A stretch of DNA of 64,000 nt, taken from the NCBI RefSeq assembly GCF_001194135.2, contig NC_068985.1:47312885-47376884 (forward strand). The letters are read 5' to 3'. This DNA comes from Octopus bimaculoides. Taxonomy: Eukaryota. How positions within the stretch are numbered: position 1 is the stretch's first letter; each line of letters begins with the position of its first letter. The notes below the pieces were generated by a model. That model did not search any database, was not told where the DNA came from, and saw only the letters and a list, made by a program, of their open reading frames with translations. Made by a program: the position numbers and the translations under genes. Shown piece after piece: positions 13,493 to 24,350 of this stretch.

Positions 13493-14026
13493 AAATGAAA
13501 AATGCATTAAATAGTAAAACACGTAAGACAGACAGAAGGACGCTAATTCTTCATCAGCTATCGAACGAAATACTAATACACAGTTTCATGTCTGGGATGA
13601 TAAGACTGAGAACTTCGTATATATCGGCTGCACCCGCAAAATTTGTGTAGAATTGGGGCTTGAGTAAACAAAGCTATACGCGGGAAACGTACGAAAGTAA
13701 ACAAATGTAATCTGTAACGATCGACGAACACGGAATAAATACAGCCTTTCGGCCAAACACGCGTGTGATACGTAACGCCTAGAAGAAATCCTGAATGAGT
13801 ATAGAAAGAGAAATAGCAAGAGAGGAGATAAATGTGGACCGGCAAGCTAAGCGTGCAGTTCCCTAATTCTCCGCGAATTTTGCGGGTGCCGCCGATATGT
13901 GAAGTCTTATCGTTAAAGGCACGAAACTGTTTATTGGTATCGTCGGTGGATAACTGATGAAGAATTAGGGTCTTTCTCTGTCTGTCCTATGTGTACGTTT
14001 CTTAGCATTTAATGCATTTTTCATTT
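13493..14026. mobile_element. foldback/MITE-like element with ~165-bp inverted arms
   Basis: 13493-13660 (AAATGAAAAATGCATTAAAT...CTAATTCTTCATCAG...GATAAGAC...ATATCGGCTGCACCCGCAAAATT) matches the reverse complement of 13861-14026; ~200-bp spacer; no clear TSD. Confidence 0.7.
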
Positions 14027-14083
14027 ATTGAGTAACCGGACGCCATGCGTCCCGACTTTTGTTAACAATAAGTTTTTATATAT

Positions 14084-14141
<58 letters not shown>

Positions 14142-14689
14142 GGTGGTTGTCTACTCCTTATGCAGAGTCTGACCACCTCATGTACTTACACCATGGCGTC
14201 TGATGTGACATTTTAGACCCGACAATGTATTGGAAAGACACCCACATAGATTGCGTATCGGATTTGGACCACTAAGAGCTGCGGTTAAGTTCTGATCTTT
14301 GTGGATCTTAAAATGTCTTTTGAGGCCTCCGTTAGATTTGCAGACCTTATGGCATACATGGCATTGAAAGGTGTGAACAAATATATAGGGAGAGTAGTTG
14401 GTGGAGGTTCGTTATATACAATTAAAGTCAAGCTTCAAAACAACTTACAAAAGTTGGTTAGAACAATAAGCGACAACAATCTGAAAATTAATAATGAAGA
14501 ATTAATAGTATTTTGGAACTCCTTCTTCAAAACTAAGGTAAGCATAACAATCGTAATATTTGTTTAGTTGTCAATGTGGTTACTTAGGTCCTTGAATCAT
14601 TACAAATCCTAATTAGAAGATTGCATAGACAGTTGAGGGAGCATTTAAAACATTCATAATGGTCGTTATGATTGACTGCCCTATCAGGC

Positions 14690-15110
14690 TACGTGGTTTT
14701 TCAGGACTTTGTTAAACAACCCAGACGAGGAGATTAGATGGGTGTTTATCAGCAGGATAACACTGCTCCGTAAGAAAAGGCCTGTAGATGACACATGTAG
14801 CTACAGTCCTGCCACCTATCTACTGACGGTTTATAAACTTCTCTGTAAAATATTATTTAACAAGAAAACTGAATATCAAAAAAAATGTCATTCCACTAGA
14901 GAATCGTGCTTAAGTCTTACAAGACAATTGGCTATGTTGTTAATGATATAGTAATGTGTCATGCAAAAGTAGACAGAACCCAGAAACTTAAGACGGGCTC
15001 AGAATAATTTGCAAGAAACCTGTTGATTCACTTCTCTATGAGTAGATTTTGAACTTGGCAGAAGTACATGGATTTCATAACATCCTGAAAAACTTCATTA
15101 CCACAGTGAT
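14690..15110 (+). pseudogene. decayed R4/Dong-type LINE reverse transcriptase fragment
   Basis: LNNPDEEIRWVFISRITLLRKKRPVDDTCSYSPATYLLTVYKLLCKI resembles the P-x-W...T-x-L...NYRPITCLPT-x-YKLL region of REL-type non-LTR RTs. Confidence 0.5.
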
Positions 15111-15172
15111 TACTTTTTGTAGAAAGCTATTATGGTAGCTAACATTACGATGGATTTAATCTTCAATCACAC

Positions 15173-15238
15173 AAGAAGAAGAAGAAGAAGAAGAAGAAGA
15201 AGAAGAAGAAGAAGAAGAAGAAGAAGAAGAAGAAGAAG
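15173..15238. repeat. (AAG)n microsatellite
   Basis: Perfect triplet run. Confidence 0.97.
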
Positions 15239-15499
15239 GAGGAGGGGGAGGAGGAGAAGTGGAGAAAAAGAAGAAGGAGAAAAAAAAAATAATAAGAAGA
15301 AGAACAAAAACAAGAACAAGAAGAACAAGAGACCTTATTTACCATACCCTCTTGGCATTATATGGCATTATATTTTAAATTGGAATTGTCCCTTAAAGTT
15401 CATATTGATATTGTCAAATAATTTTACAATAACGTTAAGATATACATTATTTACATAATTTACATTCGACGGATATTTGTCCTCATCTTGTTTGTTGTC

Positions 15500-15545
15500 A
15501 ACACAACGTTTCGGCTGATATACCCTCCAGCCTTCGTCAGGTGTC
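15500..15545 (-). ncRNA. minimal type I hammerhead ribozyme motif
   Basis: GACAC-CUGACGA-A-GGCUG(gagggtatat)CAGCC-GAAAC-GUU-GUGUU: stem I GACAC/GUGUU, 5-bp stem II, palindromic ACGU in place of stem III. Confidence 0.7.
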
Positions 15546-15897
15546 TTGGGGAAATTTCGAACGTGGGTTCTCATTACTAAGGTATTTTCGATGTTGATGT
15601 TGTTGTTGTTATTATTATTATTGTTATTGTTCAGGTCACTGCTTGGAATCGAACTCGTAATCTTGGGGTTAGTAGCCCACGCTCTTAACCCCAAGATTCC
15701 GAGTTCGATTCCAAGCAGTGACCTGAACAATAATAACAACAACGACAACAATGACAACAACAACAACAACAACAACAACAACATCATCAACAACAACATA
15801 AACAACAATAACAACAACAACAACAATAATAATAATAACAATAATAACATCGAAAAATACGTTAGGAATGAGAACCCAGGTTCGAAATTTCTCCCAA

Positions 15898-15943
15898 GAC
15901 ACCTGAAGAAGGCTGGAGGGTATAACAGTCGAAACGTTGTGTT
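15898..15943 (+). ncRNA. minimal type I hammerhead ribozyme motif
   Basis: GACAC-CUGAAGA-A-GGCUG(gagggtataa)CAGUC-GAAAC-GUU-GUGUU; same fold as the minus-strand copy, with one G-U pair in stem II. Confidence 0.7.
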
Positions 15944-17096
15944 AACAACAAACACGACGAGGAGGACAAATATCCGTCAAATGTAAATAATGTAAATAAA
16001 GTAAATAAAGTACGTAGTTCCTCATCTCTTAAATATAGAACTGAACCTTAAGATATCTTTTGGATGGGAAAATTACGGAAATGTGAGACTAAAATGTGAC
16101 AGAACGGTAAGTGAACTAGATAGTTTGGTTTAACCTGGCTCACTCAGGGCGGGTGAGGTAGAGAAGTTGGACACAAATACTGAACTTATACGAGAGTAAA
16201 ACTCCTTGTTTGGAAACCGCTGCTAGTAATCAAAATAAAATACTCTGATAGTGACAAATTTGAACAAACATCAACTAGCAAGAATTCTATTCGTACGACC
16301 AGCATACTTACAGCACCGGTTACACCTGACCTAGATTCCATAAACCGTAATACAGAAAAATGTACCTGTACGCAGCACAAATAATAGGTGCATATTGATC
16401 GTCAAGGAATTATTTAAGAAGTCAGTTACAAATATTGCCCACACCTATCTCAGTCAGAAGAAAGACTTCTTGATGCATTGCTGATTAAGATCGAGAAATA
16501 GGTAACAAATCGATTATCCTCATGGCAACAACATTCTCGAAAGAAATCGGATTATATTTTGAACAACTAAAGTCTAAACCTAAATCGGCAGTAAAATTCC
16601 AACAAAACTGAAACGTAAATAGACTCCATAATAGCAATAAAGAATAATGTTTTTCCCTAATTTTCTTGTGCAACCTCGATGCCTACGTACATATAAAATA
16701 ACTGCCAGTTTTCTGTACGAACAAATCTAGGATTGAATTGATGTAACATGTAGCATCATTCACTTTGCAAGAATAGGTGTCCACTTCTAGATGTTTAGAC
16801 GGTAATATGCACATTTCCTGCAATACACATGGCAAATGCTGCCTGCATAATGAATTGCTGAAAGATAATTCATTACATTATATTGGGATGTTCTACAACT
16901 CCAAAAAAAAATAAACGTGGAGGAAAATAACGTAGCGAAGTTTTTTAAATACGATTTACAACCGATTTAAATGTCTTTGAGAAAGCACTCGGCGATATTC
17001 ATATGAACTGTAACCAGTCTCTGGCAAATTATAGCGCATAGAATTCTTCATGTCAGTTTTCCCGAAAACAATATCAATGTAGTATAAATTGATAGA

Positions 17097-17465
17097 ATGG
17101 CTGTGCGGATAAAAGATCGCTGTACCATCAAGTGGTTTCGGGTTCAGTTTTACTGCGCTGCAGCTTGGGAAGGTGTCTTCTACTATTGCCCCAGTACTTA
17201 CTAATGACTAATTGAATTTAGTAGATAGTAATTAGGAGATAAAATTTAGCAGATAACTATGTGTGTGCGCGCGCGCGTGACAATGCATGTGTGCGTGCGT
17301 CTATGACTGCGTGTGTTCGTTTCTATGTTTGCGTTTCACCCACAACGCCGCTTCACTACCGGTTTTGAATTGTTTAAGTTCACGTTCGTCTAAAAAGAAA
17401 ACAAAAATTCAACAAAAATTTCAAGGTAGTGCATTAGCATGGCCGCAGTCCAATGACTGAACGAG
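17097..17465 (+). mobile_element. decayed tRNA-derived SINE (family 4)
   Basis: GAATGGCTGTGCGG...GGGTTCAGTT...GTGTCTTCTACTAT head and AGCATGGCCGCAGTCCAATGACTGAA tail match the copy at 29763-30195. Confidence 0.6.
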
Positions 17466-17615
17466 ATAAAACTTATAACAATATCAAATTGTTGCTATAT
17501 GTTGCAAGTGGTACAAAAGAAACGAACTACTACCTAACAGATGAGTATAATAACAATATTATGAGAGTTAAAGAATGTGGTTATTATAACATTTGCCAGA
17601 ACTGAAGTGATTACA

Positions 17616-17673
<58 letters not shown>

Positions 17674-17694
17674 NNNNNNNNNNNNNNNNNNNNN

Positions 17695-17738
<44 letters not shown>

Positions 17739-17740
17739 GT

Positions 17741-18062
17741 ACCCTGCCCAATTCAGAATCACAACGTATAGGTACACTACGGCATAATTTCTTTTCCTCA
17801 ACAGGCCCTGCCCTGTTTAACATTGTCCCGAAACAGATAAAAGAGGAAACAGATCCTATCAGCTTTAAGCGGAGTCTAGACAGGTTTCTTCAAAGAGTAC
17901 CAGAAAAGCCACCCATACCTGGATACAACTCACTCAATAAGAACTCACTACTTGTATGCACCATAGACAAAACTTGACTGTAAAAAGGATTTAGATAATC
18001 GTATTAGGTGGTGCTATTAAGTTAGACATGGCCTGGACCAATCTTTGGTCAAAACATATCTA
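17741..18062 (+). mobile_element. 3' fragment of CR1/L2-group LINE
   Basis: Translates as FSSTGPALFNIVPKQIKEETDPISFKRSLDRFLQRVPEKPPIPGYNSLNKNSLL; ends with the 3' motif AGGTGGTGCTATTAAGTTAGACATGGCCTGGACCAATCTTTGGTC. Confidence 0.8.
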
Positions 18063-18125
18063 NNNNNNNNNNNNNNNNNNNNNNNNNNNNNNNNNNNNNN
18101 NNNNNNNNNNNNNNNNNNNNNNNNN

Positions 18126-18172
<47 letters not shown>

Positions 18173-18214
18173 TTTATAAAGGACTAACTTTATAAAAGCC
18201 AAGGTACACAAAAA

Positions 18215-18870
18215 TTAGGTAGAGTCCCGATGTTGGTTATGTAAATCAAAGGAAGAAAGTGTTATTCATATAGACAGTGAATGTAATATGCTGGCACAAG
18301 AAAATCATGACAACCGGGGGAAAATACTCCACTGGATGTAATACAGAAATATCGTATTTGAACAGACGGATAGAGGAAATACTCATAAAATCCAGTAAAT
18401 GGGATTATTAGGGACTGCTGAGATACTGAGAAACTTCTTGGCATCTAAGGTCACAAGTAGCCCGATATTAGGAATTTCTTCCCAACAGTCTAATCTGTTG
18501 TTCGCCTGGTGGACAAGGGGAACAACATGTGCTATATAATTGATGTTGCATGCTTATTTGTCCCATGAATAGTCAAGAGGGAAGGCGAAAAACTAGACCT
18601 ATACAACCCACTTAAGTACGAAATAGCCCGTCTATGGAAAATAAAGGTGAAGATAGTGCCAGTTCTTGTTGAGTCAGCGGGACAGTATCAGAAGACACGA
18701 AGAGGAATATACATGAAATCGGTATAAAGCGCCCAGTAGAGCTGTTACACATAACTTGCTTCTTATGGCACGACCAGCATAATCAGGAGAGTATTAGAGA
18801 GTTGAAAAGAACAGATAAGATATCGTATGCTCCGGGTACCAAGCCCGCTGCACATGAAATACCCTGAATT
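18215..18870 (+). pseudogene. decayed R4/Dong-type LINE C-terminal region (CCHC knuckle plus REL endonuclease remnants)
   Basis: SRCWLCKSKEESVIHIDSECNMLAQ..HDNRGKILHW is a CCHC knuckle; downstream remnants resemble IIDVAC and IIRRVL. Confidence 0.55.
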
Positions 18871-19073
18871 AGAAAGAGCAAGGCAACAAACACAAAAATT
18901 TTAGTAAGTACAGCAACAACAATGATAAATTGATTAATGAAGGAAAACTAGAGCTAGCTTTAGTAGAAAATTACAATAAGAACAATGCATAGCATTGTTC
19001 ATCTTATTGCTGCTATTACTACCATATTTTTGGCATTGTTATTATAAACATAGTTATAATTACAGTGTTGCAG

Positions 19074-19179
19074 ACTTTGAGCGAAAATTGCGTGCGGCAG
19101 GTGCAAGAATTCGAGTTTCTGATGTCCACAATGCTCCCAAGATACTTGAGCAGAAAAATACATGAAATTGAAGATATTT
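19074..19179 (+). CDS. candidate isolated spliced exon of an unidentified gene (speculative)
   Basis: Bounded by TGTTGCAG| and |GTGAGT; phase-0 frame is open (TLSENCVRQVQEFEFLMSTMLPRYLSRKIHEIEDI); not low-complexity and not recognisably TE-derived; no homology established. Confidence 0.25.
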
Positions 19180-19629
19180 GTGAGTTGAGATATAACAATT
19201 ATCTTCTCTCTACGACTTGTCCACCGCACATAATATTTTCTCCAATGCAGACAATAAAAATATGTACATTATTATTTTCTTTATGTTTGATGAAATGAAA
19301 TTCTAAATTACACATGGCGCTTTCCACTCCTTAACTCTTTGTACTTGCTTAATTTTCTATCTTTCTGCAGGTATGATTATCAAATATTCTATATAGCTGT
19401 TTTAACAGAAATATATTCACGCACATATTCATTATATATGTCTGTGTTTCTGTGTGCAAGTCTATCTGTTTGTGCGTGGGTGCATGTGTGTAAATGTGTG
19501 GTGCGTATGTCTGTGTGCACTTCACGATACAAGTATCAGCGGAGGCTATAAACGGTCGTTCGTCTTGCTAGAAACAGAGAATCATATCACTCTCTATCAT
19601 ATTAAAAGCAAATCACACATAGGAAAACG

Positions 19630-19666
<37 letters not shown>

Positions 19667-19839
19667 GCACACACGCACAAACGCACACACATACATGCAT
19701 ACTAACATACATACATACTTACATACATACATACATACATACATACGAACATACATATATACATACATACATACATACATGCGTAAATTCGTACATATAC
19801 AAGTATATATTTATAGTATATGTAACATATATGCTTTTG

Positions 19840-19995
<156 letters not shown>

Positions 19996-20029
19996 TAGGT
20001 TCGTCAATTTCTTGCTGAACAAGCACAGA

Positions 20030-20258
20030 AATGATTTGTTTATGGAGGTCAAATGCTTGTGTAGATATAAGCTCAATCCATCTATCAAATCGACATTACC
20101 TGTACAGGTGCACCATGTGCCACGTGTCGATGATCGCAGATCAACGTGAGATGAAGAGAGTTGCTCAAGAACACAATGCAACGCCTGTCTTGGCAATCGA
20201 ACCCGCGACCTCACAATCGTGAGTGCAGCACTCTAAACACTAAGCCATGCGGCTTCAC
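20030..20258 (-). mobile_element. tRNA-derived SINE (family 2-related)
   Basis: Minus strand: GTGAAGCCGCATGGCTTAGTGTTTAGAGTG...GCGGGTTCGATTGCC; homologous to 2425-2661. Confidence 0.75.
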
Positions 20259-20341
20259 TATACATACATACATACATGTACATACACACACTCACACACA
20301 TATATATATATACTTATATCTCTATATATACATACATATAT

Positions 20342-20382
<41 letters not shown>

Positions 20383-20703
20383 NNNNNNNNNNNNNNNNNN
20401 NNNNNNNNNNNNNNNNNNNNNNNNNNNNNNNNNNNNNNNNNNNNNNNNNNNNNNNNNNNNNNNNNNNNNNNNNNNNNNNNNNNNNNNNNNNNNNNNNNNN
20501 NNNNNNNNNNNNNNNNNNNNNNNNNNNNNNNNNNNNNNNNNNNNNNNNNNNNNNNNNNNNNNNNNNNNNNNNNNATATAAGGGCATTACAATACATGAAT
20601 GCCTCACGCTAAGTGGGACTCTAAGGTCAAATTACCATAAACACATTTTTACCGAACGCGAAGAAATGCAACTCTCAAAGCTAGCCCCCTAAATACAGAC
20701 TAA

Positions 20704-20764
20704 ACTGTAGATCATGATTTCGTAATTATTGCAGTAATATGCACCTTATACTCATCAGTACAGT
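20704..20764 (-). ncRNA. minimal type I hammerhead ribozyme with fully canonical core
   Basis: ACUGUA-CUGAUGA-GUA(...UGCA-uauuac-UGCA...)UAC-GAAA-UCAUGA-UC-UACAGU: perfect 6-bp stem I, palindromic AUCAUGAU stem III, AUC cleavage triplet. Confidence 0.8.
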
Positions 20765-22501
20765 ATTGTCAAGACACATAAAAAAAACAAAAAAATCAAC
20801 ATAGCAGACGAACACTTCATGTATTTAGCATAGTACATAGAGTATTGTTTATCCGTATATATCTATGTAAGAGGCGAGCTTTTTCGAATTGCATCTCGGT
20901 ACATGTGTTTTTTGCAGAATAAAATTCAGCACTGAATATATTCTGGTTATATATTTAATTCAATAATAGGATGGTTTTTTCACGCTAGCTACTTGATAAA
21001 TTCTTATAAAAGACTTTCTCTTATTATTGAATTTGCGTAGTGAAGTTATATGTGCGATAAACAAGAACTATTGCCACAACGGCTGCAAACAAACAACAGC
21101 CACAAAATATATCACAGTACGATATATTGATATCAAACAAAATTATTCTCATTATTAGTTTTATTGGCCCCTTGTGGCCAATAAAAGAATGAAATTAGTG
21201 CACAATAAGGCTGAGTTCTAGCGACTTAGGAAACCATAAACTGTTTGTGTTACGTAGGTATGGAATTTTACCCTGCGCACGAGTTTGTGTTCATTCCTTC
21301 TTCTAGAGTCGGGAAAATACAGCTCTAGTCTCACACTGAGTCGATGTATTCTGTAGTATTGATTTAGCGTTTTAATCTTCCCATCATAATCTAGGGAAAA
21401 TAAAGAGAAATCTCAATTCATGTCTAAAATTCACATTAATCTTTCACTATACATACTTTCATTCTGCATTCCTTCATTTAACCACCCAGTTATTCTCCAT
21501 CTATGCACGCATACATACACACATACGCAAATACATACATACATACATACATACATACATACATACATACATACATACATAGAAATCTGCACATATATTA
21601 ATTCCAAATAGTATTCATATATACACTTATATGCAAATATACCCTGTTCATGCTGTTTAAAGTCCAATGAAGGAGACTTGAATCTAGGTTAGATACCGGC
21701 TCCCTCTCTATTGGCAAAAAATCTTAGAATGAAACTGAATAGTGACATACATACAATATGTGTGTGTGTGTGTGTGTTATATAATTAATATAGGCAGCAG
21801 TAAGCAATGTGCAACAAAAAGATATACTACAACCGACATTAAATAGAAACACCTACATTGCTAGAAATAGAATCTAAACGCTAATTTCACGAAACGCAGC
21901 GGTTGAGATATTCTCAAACCGATCGGTCAGTTTCAGCTTTTATGCCGTAGCCTCCGCAGTGGGATCGGCCCGACTTAGCTTTTCCCAAACGATGATCCCT
22001 GCCAGCATATATGTCTGTACCATAGAAATGTATGGATGATTTAGCGAATCGCTGTGTAAACAAATAATTAATATAGGCAGCAGTAAGCAATATAATATAT
22101 ATGTTTGTGTGTGTTTATACATAACTTTTACACTAAGCTGACATGAAGATGTGACTATTTATGAGCAACTTCTCCGAAACCTGCAACGCTTCTTCTCTCA
22201 TAATAAGTTCTTACCTATGTTATCTTAATAAGCGTCGATGTGAAAAATCTGGAAGAGCTGAAGAATGAGAGCGACTGATATGCATTTTATAGTGTAACAA
22301 TCAGTGAGTGGAAAAATAAACCATGCACGACATTCCTAAAGATCAACATGTTACAATTACATTTGTTATTATTAAAATTCCAGCGGTAAAGCTTCTGCTT
22401 TCTTTCCTAGAAACCAGCCCTGTCCTTCCTGGAACAACCCTAGTGAGTGAAAAGGTGAAGATACATACATTCAAGCATTTAGACATACATACATACGTAC
22501 A

Positions 22502-22532
<31 letters not shown>

Positions 22533-24261
22533 GGATATATGTAGATATGCATATATGTACGTCTGTTTTTAGTGTCTGCTGTTAATACATTACATTGAAT
22601 TCACGACAGTTCCAAGGAAGGGAGACACAATGATATTTAGGTTGCCTTTCGTAGTAGTCAAGAAACCGAGCCATGTTGCCTTGGTATCAAGCAATGTATA
22701 ATATGACTCTTGTTTTGTGTTCCGAAAAGAGGCAACATGGATTTCCTGTTTATAATATTTTCTCTCCTTCATTATATGTGTTGGGTGGTTTATCATAAGA
22801 TATTTTTGGGTAAGAAATATGTCGTAGTGTTTTGAATATTTTTTTTCGAATATGTGACAGTGTCTAAAATAAACAATGTGATGCATTGTTTCTACCAGAT
22901 TTACTTTCAGAGTGATGTAATATTTTAACCGTAGTAGTGTTTCAAAAGCTCATGTGTTGATATCACGTGATTCAGCTGCTGAAAGGTTTGGGAACGACTC
23001 GATTTACATATGTGTTAAAAACCATCGGGAAGAGATTTATTTATTCACGATTATTTCTGCACACTCTTAAAATATGAAAAAAATTTATTGAAAATAACCG
23101 ATTTATACATATCTTTTACATTAAACAAAATGGCGAATTAAAACACTTCATGCAACAATGGCGGTATTAATGTCAATACTTCAATATATTTAAGTTTCAT
23201 CTTAATTCTGTAAATCTACTTACATTTGAAAAGATAGAATAACAAGAAGGTGACGAATTTCAGTCGTAAATAAAGATGTGATATAGAATAAATGAAACTT
23301 GCAAAGTATCCAACAAAGATATAAATTTTATGTACATAATATAAAACATAGACGCTGACGTATACATGGAAATCGATTAATTTACATAAACAAACCTTAC
23401 TGAAGCTAACATGCTGTTTATATTTGAACGTACATGTATGTGAGCATACATACACACACGTATATATGTATGTATAAATTCATGCATGCATGCATCCTAC
23501 ATGTATGTATGTATATATGTAATAATGCATGTATGTATATATATGTGCCTGTGTATGTCGGTGTGTATGTACACTAAAAAGGAATGACGGTATATCAAAT
23601 GACATAGAAGTTAATTCCTAGATTTTCTGAAATGATCACCCTTTCGAGATGAGAAAGAATGCATTGTAGCACTTGCAATCAACTCGAAATCAAAAAGTCG
23701 GAAGTATTTCAAAGTGTAAAAATTCTTCTAAATTGACATTCCATTAAGAAAACGATTGTCTGACAGTCTGGAGACAACAGCCCAGATGAACGGACGTGTT
23801 TCTGCCTCAATATGTGTTATTAACACAGCTGTCGCCCTACAAAATGAAATACTTATATATGAAAAGACTTGAGTACATGTATTCCGTTGGTTAATTTGAA
23901 CAATAGACAAAAATAAAAGGCAAAAATGGGATAACAGTAATAATTCAGGGATGCCAGTGACATGAATATGGACAATAGAAAGGAGTACTGGTATATTATA
24001 ACTCAAACATGGTAAATTCATAATTTAGTGAGAATTAAAAAAATTTGTATCAGCTTCTGTATGTTTATATGCATACACACATATATATATCTTGTAAACA
24101 CACACACAATACATACACTCACACGTACACACACAACACACATTCACACGCACACACATACAAACAAACACACACACATGCGAACGTTAGGTTAGTTAAA
24201 ATATCTTTGTGATATGTTGCAACTTCAAAAGGCAAATGCACTGGAGTTACCATGGGGAAAA

Positions 24262-24350
24262 TATTTTCCCTTATAGTAACTGGCATCTGCCCAGTGTTGC
24301 CCACTATTTTCCGTTATAGTAACTAGTATCTGCCCAGTGTTGCCCACTAT
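24262..24350. repeat. 43-bp tandem duplication
   Basis: TATTTTCC(C/G)TTATAGTAACT(GGC/AGT)ATCTGCCCAGTGTTGCCCAC occurs twice. Confidence 0.9.

Larger units (their letters stand above)
15441..16043. mobile_element. head-to-head inverted pair of a tRNA-headed, hammerhead-bearing SINE-like element
   Basis: 15441-15690 is the reverse complement of ~15686-16005. Each arm has a tRNA-like head (GAGTTCGATTCC B box), an (AAC/AAT)n spacer, a conserved body containing an HHR motif, and a TGTAAATAA-repeat tail. Confidence 0.8.

Noticed and set aside
13920-13970. GAAAC...CTGATGA in the foldback arm as a type II hammerhead
   Set aside because: Sequences flanking the core cannot form stem II, and stem I is poor.
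15627-15730. Functional tRNA gene
   Set aside because: tRNA-like heads here and elsewhere lack a complete cloverleaf and continue into SINE bodies.
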